DNA of 25,542 bases, from the IMG/VR virus record IMGVR_UViG_3300048599_000863, positions 1 through 25,542 of that record, one strand, 5' to 3'. A program made the position numbers and the translations under genes. Every line of letters starts with the position of its first letter. The first letter of the stretch is position 1. Under the pieces are notes generated by a model, which did no database searches, was not told where the DNA came from, and worked only from the letters and a program-made list of their open reading frames with translations. Below are positions 1-7,979 of this stretch, in pieces. Source of the stretch: a virus (taxonomy: Duplodnaviria; Caudoviricetes).

Positions 1-186
1 GAGGTCGATCTCCAGGCACATGTTCTCGCCGTCGCGTTCGCCGGGGATGAATTCCGGGATACAGCAGTCGTAGAGCCGCATCCGATCGCCATTCTTGTTG
101 AAGAAGTCCCACTTGAAATGCCCCAGGTAGTTCGCCCGCACCCGCACTGTCTTCGGCTTGTCGTTTCTCAGTTTTTCGCTGACCAT
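1..186 (-). CDS. Host hypothetical protein, 5' part (runs off left edge)
   Basis: ATG at 186 with AAGGAG RBS (193-198); open to the window edge: MVSEKLRNDKPKTVRVRANYLGHFKWDFFNKNGDRMRLYDCCIPEF...; not in the ORF track. Confidence 0.65.
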   Translation of the reverse strand, partial: MVSEKLRNDKPKTVRVRANYLGHFKWDFFNKNGDRMRLYDCCIPEFIPGERDGENMCLEIDL

Positions 187-218
187 GTTTCGCTCCTTGT
201 GCTTCTAAACATGGTTCT

Positions 219-247
219 ACAATAGGGATAGCGCACAAGGAAGTCAA
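219..247 (-). promoter_or_regulatory. Sigma70-type promoter of the host gene
   Basis: TTGACT-17 bp-TATTGT on the minus strand, about 30 bp upstream of the ATG at 186. Confidence 0.55.
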
Positions 248-288
248 GGGGTTCATGTTGATCATTATACAATCTTGCTTGTCTGTAA

Positions 289-460
289 TCTGCCACGCTA
301 ATCTGCAAATTGTGACTCGATTCCTGCAAATGCGGGGTGCTGGGGGTGGAAAGTGACACGATTCCTGCAAATCAGCGGCAGCAATCCGGAGATTCGACTT
401 CTATGACGGCTCATCGTTTGTGACACGATTCCTGCAAATTGTGACACGATTCCTGCAAAT
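289..460 (+). repeat. Array of 21-bp direct repeats, putative transposase-binding sites at the prophage end
   Basis: TGTGACACGATTCCTGCAAAT at 419-439 and 440-460 (exact), 311-331 and 352-372 (1 mismatch each), degenerate copy at about 289-310. Confidence 0.85.
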
Positions 461-461
461 G

Positions 462-485
462 AAAAAGGCGGGCCGAAACCCGCCT
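462..485 (-). terminator. Intrinsic terminator ending the late operon
   Basis: Minus strand AGGCGGGT-TTCG-GCCCGCCT followed by TTTT. Confidence 0.75.
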
Positions 486-539
486 GCTCACGACGTGAGC
501 TATCTTTTCAAGGAACTGTCATGGATTGGAGCCCGTGAA

Positions 540-593
540 TCAGAAGTTGTTGAGTAGTTGCTTGCCACCCACCCAGATGATGACTCGATTCAA
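540..593 (-). pseudogene. Remnant of the 5' end of a second dam-like gene
   Basis: TTG...TGA encodes LNRVIIWVGGKQLLNNF*, resembling MDSVISWIGGKRLLRKE of the adjacent methyltransferase. Confidence 0.5.
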
Positions 594-595
594 CT

Positions 596-1354
596 TCACT
601 CTTCAAACGGGAAGTTGGCAATAATCAGCTCGTTGTAATCACTCGGGCCAGCTTTCCGATTGATGCCCTTCACGCGGCTAACCCGCTTGATGTGGTAGCC
701 CTTGTATAGCTGGTGCACTACCGGGCTGTCATCATAACTGAGAATCCAACGACCACCTACTCGGGCAAGCGTTTCGTGAAGCTGTTCATGATCGAACTGC
801 TTGCTATTGTCGTAGGTGTAGCCCCTGGTGTAGGGCGGATCGCAGTAGAAAAAGCTAGTAGGCCGGTCGTAGCGGGTAATTAGCTCGGAAAAGTCGAGGT
901 TCTCGACCACCACTTGGTCGAGTCGCCGGTGCAGTAACCGAATACGCTCAAGACGTCGCTGGAGGCTGGAAGGTGGCTGTGATTGCGAGATCGCGAAGTT
1001 ATCGCCCTTCCCGCCGAAGGATCGGGTGATCGTGAAAAGGAACCTGGCAGCCCGCTGGATTTCAGTCATCCCGGGTTGGGATAGAATCGTATCGAAAATG
1101 GCCCGCGAAGCTAACATCAGATCAAGTTCTCGGATGAGTTCTTCAGGATGGAACTTAACTTGTAGGAAGAGGTTCACGAGCCGACCGTCCAGATCGTTGT
1201 AAACCTCCAAGGGAGCCCATCTGTCACGATAAAACATGACCCAGGCAGCGCCACCGAAAGGCTCGATATAAGCTTGAATGTCCGAAGGAATGTGTTTAGC
1301 TATCTCCTTACGAAGAAGCCTCTTCCCACCAATCCACGATATAACTGAATCCAT
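596..1354 (-). CDS. dam: DNA adenine methyltransferase, Dam/D12 class
   Basis: WIGGK, YIEPFGGAA (motif I), EVYND, FFYCDPPY (motif IV), WILSYDD, ELIIANF; AAGGAG RBS. Confidence 0.9.
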   Translation of the reverse strand: MDSVISWIGGKRLLRKEIAKHIPSDIQAYIEPFGGAAWVMFYRDRWAPLEVYNDLDGRLVNLFLQVKFHPEELIRELDLMLASRAIFDTILSQPGMTEIQRAARFLFTITRSFGGKGDNFAISQSQPPSSLQRRLERIRLLHRRLDQVVVENLDFSELITRYDRPTSFFYCDPPYTRGYTYDNSKQFDHEQLHETLARVGGRWILSYDDSPVVHQLYKGYHIKRVSRVKGINRKAGPSDYNELIIANFPFEE

Positions 1355-1421
1355 ACATTACTCCTTGCGCCTATAGCGCTTCTGATCACGGTTATTAGCT
1401 TGTCAAAGAACAGGGTTAGGG

Positions 1422-1691
1422 TTAGTTCTCGGGGTTATCCTCAAGTGTGACCATTTCGGGAATCGGATCGAACGAGGTTGCGGACGGTGCGAGTAACAGG
1501 AGTTTCTCACGAGCTTGCCGGGCCCGTTCCTCGCCGGGAACATCGGCCCCGTTCAGGCGCAGGGTTCGAAACTCAATCGTAGTCGTCTCATTGCCGCTTA
1601 ATATCGTCGCCCGGTGGTAAACAGCCAGATCACCAATGATCTGAACCGCTTCCGGGGTGAGATTGGCTTTGGGAATTACCATGGAATACAT
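1422..1691 (-). CDS. Hypothetical phage protein (89 aa)
   Basis: ATG at 1691 with AAGGAG RBS; co-oriented in the operon; no recognisable motif. Confidence 0.65.
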   Translation of the reverse strand: MYSMVIPKANLTPEAVQIIGDLAVYHRATILSGNETTTIEFRTLRLNGADVPGEERARQAREKLLLLAPSATSFDPIPEMVTLEDNPEN

Positions 1692-1709
1692 ACGGTCTCC
1701 TTTGCTCAA

Positions 1710-1925
1710 TTATCGAAGGTTACGGGGAAACCCGGGCAGGGCATCGCCCAGTGACAGGAAGTACAGTGTCGCCTTTGCCCGAATCGGTTCTCCGGACTCC
1801 CTCCCAGTCTCCACCAGCGACATCCAGGTTTTCGACACGCCCATTTTCCGGGCAAATTCGGTCAGTTTCATATCGTGTTCAATTCGTTTGAGTCGGATTT
1901 GCTTACCAGAGAGGATGTTCATCAT
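1710..1925 (-). CDS. XRE-family helix-turn-helix protein
   Basis: IRLKRIEHDMKLTEFARKMGVSKTWMSLVETG is a typical HTH_3 pattern; TAATG coupling to the upstream gene. Confidence 0.8.
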   Translation of the reverse strand: MMNILSGKQIRLKRIEHDMKLTEFARKMGVSKTWMSLVETGRESGEPIRAKATLYFLSLGDALPGFPRNLR

Positions 1926-2644
1926 TACTCCAATCCCGTGAACCCACGTCCGCCGGTAACCAGCCAGTGCCCGTTTCCGTCATAGGTCAGCAGGATCGAG
2001 GCCCCGACGGTGGTCAGCCCGACAGAAGCTTGTTCCTTGAAGGTCAGGCTGTCTTTGTAGTCGGTAATGACCTGGCTTCCGGTCGCGGTCACCGTCACGG
2101 AGTAGGTACCGGTACGGTGAGCAATCAGGATCGAGGCCCCGGCGTTTGCGGCTGTCCCGGTAGGCAGGTTGAGGGTGCAGGCCGCGGTGGCGTCCACAAA
2201 GACCACGCCAAGCATCGAGGAGGTCAGGTTCAGAGTACCCGAAGCGTGAGTCCGGTTGACGCCCGACAATCCCCGGCCAGAGCGGAGGTAGGTGGCTTCA
2301 ATCTGTTCCAGGAAGGCAAGGTCGAGGTTCTGGCCGGCGGTTCCCCAAAGCGCAATGTTACCGGCGGATGGCCCGACGTGACAGCCATCGACCCGGTCCG
2401 CATTGAGTCCGGTCACCAGAGTGGTTGAATCCGTGGTGAATCCACCGCTGAGGAAGGGCGTCACCAGGGTTTTGTTGAGCATGGTCATTGTCCGGTTGGC
2501 GATCATGGCAAACAGTGACCCCAGTTTGAATTTGAACGTATAATTCGCCGAAGTGGAGCCATCGCCCTTGTCGATAGCCAGGACATCGTAATCGTGGGGG
2601 TTTGTGATCTCGTTGGTGAGCTGAATGATTCGTTTATCGGCCAT
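1925..2644 (-). CDS. Putative tail fibre / receptor-binding protein
   Basis: Last structural gene; GLNADRVDG fibre motif; Gly/Thr-rich C-terminal beta domain (VFVDATAACTLNLP...LTYDGNGHW). Confidence 0.6.
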   Translation of the reverse strand: MADKRIIQLTNEITNPHDYDVLAIDKGDGSTSANYTFKFKLGSLFAMIANRTMTMLNKTLVTPFLSGGFTTDSTTLVTGLNADRVDGCHVGPSAGNIALWGTAGQNLDLAFLEQIEATYLRSGRGLSGVNRTHASGTLNLTSSMLGVVFVDATAACTLNLPTGTAANAGASILIAHRTGTYSVTVTATGSQVITDYKDSLTFKEQASVGLTTVGASILLTYDGNGHWLVTGGRGFTGLE

Positions 2645-2652
2645 AGTAACCT

Positions 2653-3189
2653 CTAACTTTCTGTAATACCGGATTGATAGCGAAATAGCAGGCTGTTACC
2701 GTCGTGATCGACCAGGGAGTCGCCGTTTTGGTCAACCGCATGAACCGTGTTCTCGGGAAGGGTGTCTTCGAGGTTCAGGGATATATAGTCATCGCTTTGT
2801 GCGATAATCGTATAGGCATGATACGCCGTATCGTCATCATAATAGAAGGGTTTGACGGACAGGATGTGTCCTTCCCAGGACTGAAAGCTGTCGCGGTTGG
2901 GATGTACGGTCACCGCCGAGCCTTCCCGGGCTAGCAGGGCGGATAGATGATCATCGAAGGCCCAGGTGGAGCCGGTCGGCAGGATAACGGTCAACTCCAC
3001 GGCGGCGTAAGAGCCCTTATGCTCGATGTTTCGCCTGCCGGTCAGGATCGAGGTCTTGACGATGGTCTGACTATCCCGGAGAGTTATCTTGCCGGTGATG
3101 TGGAGTTGGACTTCCAAGTTGTTGTAATCGACTGTCATGTCGGCAAAAACCAGTGTCGGTAACTCGTCGCCAAAGATCATGACACTCAT
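2653..3189 (-). CDS. Putative tail-tip (Dit-like) protein
   Basis: 178 aa, beta-rich, in the tail-tip region; ATGA overlap with the upstream gene; family call is positional. Confidence 0.5.
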   Translation of the reverse strand: MSVMIFGDELPTLVFADMTVDYNNLEVQLHITGKITLRDSQTIVKTSILTGRRNIEHKGSYAAVELTVILPTGSTWAFDDHLSALLAREGSAVTVHPNRDSFQSWEGHILSVKPFYYDDDTAYHAYTIIAQSDDYISLNLEDTLPENTVHAVDQNGDSLVDHDGNSLLFRYQSGITES

Positions 3190-4394
3190 TCGGATACCAC
3201 CCGTTGCAGGGTTATTTGACGATCCCTGAGGTCAAAGATATAGCTGGCACATTGAGTTGGGATGTAGCCGGATAGATCGGTGGAAATCTCCTCGATAGGG
3301 TGGCCGCTGACATACCCGGGTGCCAGAAGGGTAGCCAGTTGAGTCATCCAGTCGATGGCACCCGATAAAACGATACCGTCGTTGTCACCTTCCAAGACCG
3401 TGAGTTTCTCGGTGTAGTCCCTGATTCGATACAGAGCCAGGTTGCTAAGGATGCTCACGGTTTTCGTGTTGACCTTGCCCCGGGTCACATAGTCGTCATA
3501 CGTGGCGGAATCCAGGCTGATCACTTCGAGTTGTACGGGGCTGTCGTCGGTCCATGCGACGCCACCATGGGTCGTTCCATAAATCGCTTCAAGTGGAACG
3601 TAGGCGGTTTTCAGTGTCAGGAAGTCGAATGCCTCCGACTCCGAAGCGCTGTACTCATAGACGCAGTCCGGGTTCACAACCTGGTCATTGACGGCGGGAT
3701 ACAGCCGATACTGCCCGTCATCGTAGGTCAGATAAAGCGCTAGAATCGACAGCAGTGAGTTCACCACATTGAGCCAGTTAGCGGTTTCATAGAAGCGTTT
3801 TCCGGGTTCCGTGACGCCCAGAAAGGCCATCTGCATGGTCTGCAGGTAGAGTTTTCCGAAGGGGATCGCCCGATCATAACCGTTCTCATGGCGATAGACA
3901 AAGCCACTGTTGAGGTCGTCAATTGCCGATGTATCCAGTGAAATACCCGTCAGATAGCGAATCACCACCTTGAGCAGGAACGGGATTTGAATATAGTCCT
4001 CTTCCCAGTCGTGAAAGGCTCCATTGAAGCGGTACTCGGTGCTTTCGGGGTTATACAATCCCTGCCACCAGCAAGAGGTTCCGCTGAGACGTATTTCATA
4101 GGCATAGCGCTTGGCGAGACGGTTGAGCAGGTCGGAGGTTCGAACCTTCCAGATACCGTCGCTGTAGTCGAAAACCGGCGTTTCGGAGACTTCCAGGCGG
4201 AAGATGGAACGGTCATCGAGGCGCACGTCAAGCAGGTCGCCCTTGAGCAGTTCGACGTTGTACAACTCGAATTCCGGAGCCGGAACGACCAGGCTATGAT
4301 CATAGTTGTACTTGCGCTGCAGCCCGGAGACCCCGACCACGTTGTCGGAGATATCCACCCAGGTCTCACCGATTCGCCTACAGACTCGGATCAT
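3186..4394 (-). CDS. Putative tail-tip/hub protein
   Basis: Directly after the tape measure gene; ATG at 4394 (MIRVCRRIGETWVDISDNV) with GGGAG RBS. Confidence 0.55.
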   Translation of the reverse strand: MIRVCRRIGETWVDISDNVVGVSGLQRKYNYDHSLVVPAPEFELYNVELLKGDLLDVRLDDRSIFRLEVSETPVFDYSDGIWKVRTSDLLNRLAKRYAYEIRLSGTSCWWQGLYNPESTEYRFNGAFHDWEEDYIQIPFLLKVVIRYLTGISLDTSAIDDLNSGFVYRHENGYDRAIPFGKLYLQTMQMAFLGVTEPGKRFYETANWLNVVNSLLSILALYLTYDDGQYRLYPAVNDQVVNPDCVYEYSASESEAFDFLTLKTAYVPLEAIYGTTHGGVAWTDDSPVQLEVISLDSATYDDYVTRGKVNTKTVSILSNLALYRIRDYTEKLTVLEGDNDGIVLSGAIDWMTQLATLLAPGYVSGHPIEEISTDLSGYIPTQCASYIFDLRDRQITLQRVVSE

Positions 4395-7071
4395 ATTGCT
4401 CCCCCCGGGCGGTAAGTCGATCACGACGGATCGTGTCCCGACGGATTCGAGTGTCCGGATCGGCGGTCTCCACGGTTACCGTGGTCCCGGTATCGAGGTT
4501 GACCAGGTTACGGTTCATGGCCCGGATCGAATCGCGGATCTCTTCCAGAATCGAAGAGCCCTGTCCGGTAAACACAGAACCGCCGTCGGCGTAGTAGGAT
4601 CGGGAAACGACAGGTACCGTCATGGACGGAATATCGGCCATAGCCGCCCGCACTTGATGAACCGGGCCAAAGTTGAGGAAGTCGAGCACCCGCTGACCGA
4701 CCAGTCGAACCCGGTCTTTCGCGATGATATATTCGTCGCCTTCGGCCTCGATGAGGGTACCACCCTGAGCGTGGCTTTTGCCAATCAGCAAGCCGGTCAA
4801 TCCGCCTTTTGCCGCCTTCGCCGGTTCGTATTTTGCCTTCGAAATGGCATTGATATTGGCGATACCGGAAGCGATCGCAGCGGCGGCGGCAGCTACGGCC
4901 AGGGCCGGGCCAATGATCGGAATACCGGCCACGGCCTTGTAAGCGGCGGTAGCACTGGAATAAGTATCGACAACCGCCTGGGCGGTAGCCATGGCCTTCC
5001 ATGCCATGAACCCGCTCTTTCCATAGCTTTTGACGGCGTTTCCCATGGTTCCCAAGCTGTTCGCCAACGAATTCAGGGCCCGCTTGTTATAGCTGTCCCG
5101 GATAGCCTGTTTGGCGGATTCCGCCTGTTCCGTGATCTCGGCGTCCGTGTAACCGGCTTCGCGTAGCTTGTCGTGCTTTCGTTCATAGTAACGATCAATT
5201 GCATTCATTTCAACTTGATAGCTATTACCAGACAACTCCAAACCACGGTTTTCAAAATCCACCTTGGTATCGGCGATTTGCTGTTGGCGATTGCGTTCGG
5301 CTTCAACCTCTTCCTGGCGCTTACGTTCATCTTCCTCGGCGATTTTATCGAACTCGGCAACACTGCTTTGGTGGGCCTTCAGTTCGTTCCGGACGTATTC
5401 TTCCCGTTCCTGGCTCAACTGGGCGATCTTGTCGTTGTACAGGGCCTCGGCCTTTTCTTTATCGTTGGTGGCGGTAATAAAGGCGTCGCGTTCGCTTCGA
5501 TACTTGGCCGTCATGTATTCAACATAGCCGTCCGCTTTGAATTTCAGGGTGTTATAGTACTCGTCGAGCTTAGTCAGGCGTTCCTTCTCGTTTTCGGCGG
5601 TATCATCCCCGGCATTCCCACCTGTCTTCCCGGGGAGTTTAGGATTGAGGTTGGGTTTTGCCGCTTGCCGGGCGGCTTCGGCGGATTCCCTGGCTGTCAC
5701 GCCAACCGCTTCCCAGGCTGCCTGGGCCTTGGCACCCAGACCATCGAAGGAATCAAAGGCCGCTCGAAAAGCCCCGACAGTGGAGTTAATGGTATCGGTA
5801 AACCCCGTCGTCATGCCCGCTTTGATCTCCGCCCAGACACCGGCAAAATCGCCGGTTACCAGTTTCTTCATCACCGATGCGATCTTGGAAAACACCTCCA
5901 CCGCGGTGCGATACATGACCTGATACGGCAGGGTCAACACCTGGGCCATCCCGGAGGTGAAGTCGATCAGGAACTCACCGAAGCCTTTTATATAACTCCA
6001 CACAATGCCCAAGACGGCCACCGCCGATTCCTTGAACAAGGCCCAGGCATTCGACCAGCCACCCATAGCGGAAACGGCACTGAGAATGATCGTGATGAGG
6101 GCGGCAAACCCGGCAATGACCAGAGCTACAGGATTAGCGGCCAGGGCTGCGTTGAGGGCCAGAACCGCCGTTCTCAAGACGGTGATCATTGTGGCGACGG
6201 TAGCCACCACCGGACCCACCGAAACCAACCCGGCCACTATGCTCTTCCACTGCGGGGACAGCTTCAGGAACCACTCATACATACCCTTCAGCCCGGTCAG
6301 TATCGGATTGATGAGTGTTTTAAGCATACCGCCCAGCGATTCCTGGACATCCCCGTGTAGGTTGCGCACCTGAGTTCGTAAACTCGTCACCGCCTCGGCC
6401 TGACCGCCATACTGCTGATTGATCGATTCGAGGATTTTCTGCTGGGCTTCAGCCTTCTGTCCGGTTTCCCACATGGCTTTGATCATGTCTTGCTCGGCCT
6501 GGCTGAATGATACCCCACTGCGGGTTAGGGCGGTCAGTCCTTCGGTGGGATCGTTGAGCGCTTTGCCCAATTGAATCGCTGCGCTTTGCAGGTCTCCGTC
6601 CAGAACGGTCGCCAGGTTTGTAGCCGCCACGACAGCACCTTTGAACTGCTCCCCCTGGATGTTGGTAAAGGTAAGCAGTTGGGCAATAGCCTTATTCAAG
6701 GTCTCCTCATCACCGAAGTTTGTCACTTCCTGAAGCTGGGCGGCCATCTTGAATAGCTCCTGAGCACTCAACCCGGCTGCCTCGCCGGTTTGCATCACCG
6801 CCTGGGCCACCTTGCGTTCAGCGCGTTCCTGATACCCCGCCTTATCCAGCAACTCGTTGAGTTTACCACTGACACTGGACACGATCTGCGCGACTCCCTC
6901 GAAGGCAATCTTGAGGTCACGAATGGTAGCCAGGGCGTTCTCTGCCTGTACCTTGAGGGTGACGGGCTTCTCGACTTCGTTCTTGGTCGATTTCGCGGCA
7001 TTTCCGGTGTCCGTCAGGGTCGCCCTGGCAGCGCCGTTGTCGATAATCAGGCGGAATGTAAGTTCGGGCAT
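4378..7071 (-). CDS. Tail tape measure protein (897 aa)
   Basis: Ala-rich helical protein; AAIQLGKALNDPTEGLTALTRSGVSFS motif; AANPVALVIAG hydrophobic segment; start MPELTFRLII at 7071 (TAATG). Confidence 0.93.
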   Translation of the reverse strand: MPELTFRLIIDNGAARATLTDTGNAAKSTKNEVEKPVTLKVQAENALATIRDLKIAFEGVAQIVSSVSGKLNELLDKAGYQERAERKVAQAVMQTGEAAGLSAQELFKMAAQLQEVTNFGDEETLNKAIAQLLTFTNIQGEQFKGAVVAATNLATVLDGDLQSAAIQLGKALNDPTEGLTALTRSGVSFSQAEQDMIKAMWETGQKAEAQQKILESINQQYGGQAEAVTSLRTQVRNLHGDVQESLGGMLKTLINPILTGLKGMYEWFLKLSPQWKSIVAGLVSVGPVVATVATMITVLRTAVLALNAALAANPVALVIAGFAALITIILSAVSAMGGWSNAWALFKESAVAVLGIVWSYIKGFGEFLIDFTSGMAQVLTLPYQVMYRTAVEVFSKIASVMKKLVTGDFAGVWAEIKAGMTTGFTDTINSTVGAFRAAFDSFDGLGAKAQAAWEAVGVTARESAEAARQAAKPNLNPKLPGKTGGNAGDDTAENEKERLTKLDEYYNTLKFKADGYVEYMTAKYRSERDAFITATNDKEKAEALYNDKIAQLSQEREEYVRNELKAHQSSVAEFDKIAEEDERKRQEEVEAERNRQQQIADTKVDFENRGLELSGNSYQVEMNAIDRYYERKHDKLREAGYTDAEITEQAESAKQAIRDSYNKRALNSLANSLGTMGNAVKSYGKSGFMAWKAMATAQAVVDTYSSATAAYKAVAGIPIIGPALAVAAAAAAIASGIANINAISKAKYEPAKAAKGGLTGLLIGKSHAQGGTLIEAEGDEYIIAKDRVRLVGQRVLDFLNFGPVHQVRAAMADIPSMTVPVVSRSYYADGGSVFTGQGSSILEEIRDSIRAMNRNLVNLDTGTTVTVETADPDTRIRRDTIRRDRLTARGEQYDPSL

Positions 7072-7510
7072 TACTTCGAATCCTGGGCGGCCACGCACAG
7101 CCGCAGGTAGAGTTCAGGCAGGGTTAGCCGGTCAAAGTCGATGGTGTTGAAGCCCAGGGAACGGCAGGTCATTTCGAGCCTTTCGAACGGGTGGCTTTGC
7201 CGGCCACCGCGTATCCCAAAGCGCCGAGCCAGGTCTGCCACTTCCCGCTGTTGGCGCGCATATACCCGAAAAAACCGGCGATAGCCTCCAGTCCCACAAA
7301 GGCGTCAAGGGTGTCGGGGTCGTTCCCGGTCAGGATGCGGATCAGGTCTTTGTCCGCCTGGGACTCCCGGATCATGTCCAGCAACTCCAGTTCGGAGACC
7401 TTCAGGGTCTTTCCGGAGAGCAGGTCCTCAATCCGCAGCCGCAGGGTTTGGTTGGCGAGAGCCAGCCCCAGGATGTCCCGAAGCTGGCCGTATGTAAGCT
7501 TGTATTCCAT
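7071..7510 (-). CDS. Frameshifted tail assembly chaperone (gpGT-like, about 146 aa) via -1 programmed frameshift
   Basis: The -1 frame after T TTT TTC is open (FRVYARQQREVADLARRF...SLGFNTIDFDRLTLPELYLRL...DSK*) and ends at a TAA overlapping the tape measure ATG. Confidence 0.8.
7169..7510 (-). CDS. Tail assembly chaperone (gpG-like)
   Basis: 113 aa gene just upstream of the tape measure gene; GGAGG RBS; contains a slippery site. Confidence 0.75.
   Translation of the reverse strand: MEYKLTYGQLRDILGLALANQTLRLRIEDLLSGKTLKVSELELLDMIRESQADKDLIRILTGNDPDTLDAFVGLEAIAGFFGYMRANSGKWQTWLGALGYAVAGKATRSKGSK
7268..7274 (-). promoter_or_regulatory. -1 ribosomal slippery heptamer T TTT TTC
   Basis: GGT TTT TTC in the correct X XXY YYZ phase. 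Confidence 0.8.
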
Positions 7511-7513
7511 TCG

Positions 7514-7693
7514 TTACCCTCCGATAACCTTGAAGGCGAGGCCGATGATCCCACCTAAGATGGTGACGCATAGCCAGACCACGGCGGTCATCTTGGTTTC
7601 CATCCGGGCAACCCGGGATATCATCCCTTCGTGTCCGTTCCCATAGAGCACCTTGTCGTGATCCTCAACCTTTTCGCAGTGTTCGCAATCCAC
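7514..7693 (-). CDS. Small membrane protein (59 aa; XhlA/holin-like topology)
   Basis: GTG with GGAGG RBS; MDCEHCEKVEDHDKVLYGNGHEGMISRVARMETKMTAVVWLCVTILGGIIGLAFKVIGG, single C-terminal TM helix; below the ORF-track cutoff. Confidence 0.7.
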   Translation of the reverse strand: MDCEHCEKVEDHDKVLYGNGHEGMISRVARMETKMTAVVWLCVTILGGIIGLAFKVIGG

Positions 7694-7701
7694 AGCCCCT
7701 C

Positions 7702-7977
7702 CTATGATTGGCGACGTTTGTGGGCAATCACCATCCCGGAGGTCAGGGTGATCCGGGTGAAGTTGCCGGGAAGCATGTAGCCATCGGGAATCTGATCGTT
7801 GAACGTGGACAGGTTCCTGCCTTCGCCTTCCACGAGGATTCCCGTGGTATTATTCGGGAACGTTGCGGCGATGATCGTGATGCCGCTCCAGTTTCCATTG
7901 TGCGCACTGGTGTCGGTGATTACGTCGAAGTCGGTGGGGGCGGTGTCACCGAGGATAGCAAGCAGGTTGTTGGCCAT
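7702..7977 (-). CDS. Small beta-sandwich virion protein (possible head decoration/spike base)
   Basis: 91 aa; C-terminal TFNDQIPDGYMLPGNFTRITLTSGMVIAH pattern; within the structural operon. Confidence 0.5.
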   Translation of the reverse strand: MANNLLAILGDTAPTDFDVITDTSAHNGNWSGITIIAATFPNNTTGILVEGEGRNLSTFNDQIPDGYMLPGNFTRITLTSGMVIAHKRRQS

Positions 7978-7979
7978 GA

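Noticed and set aside
168-359. 63-aa minus ORF
   Set aside because: Crosses the end repeats, the junction and the host promoter; the RBS-supported host gene starts at 186 in another frame
289-460. 21-bp repeats as a CRISPR array
   Set aside because: Gaps of 0, 20, 46 and 0 bp, no cas genes, and position at a transposable phage end
1925-3189. Mu-type invertible fibre segment or diversity-generating retroelement
   Set aside because: No invertase or reverse transcriptase, and no inverted or template repeats noticed
4306-6360. Long plus-strand ORFs (286 and 395 aa)
   Set aside because: Antisense shadows of the GC-rich tape measure gene; no RBS or motifs
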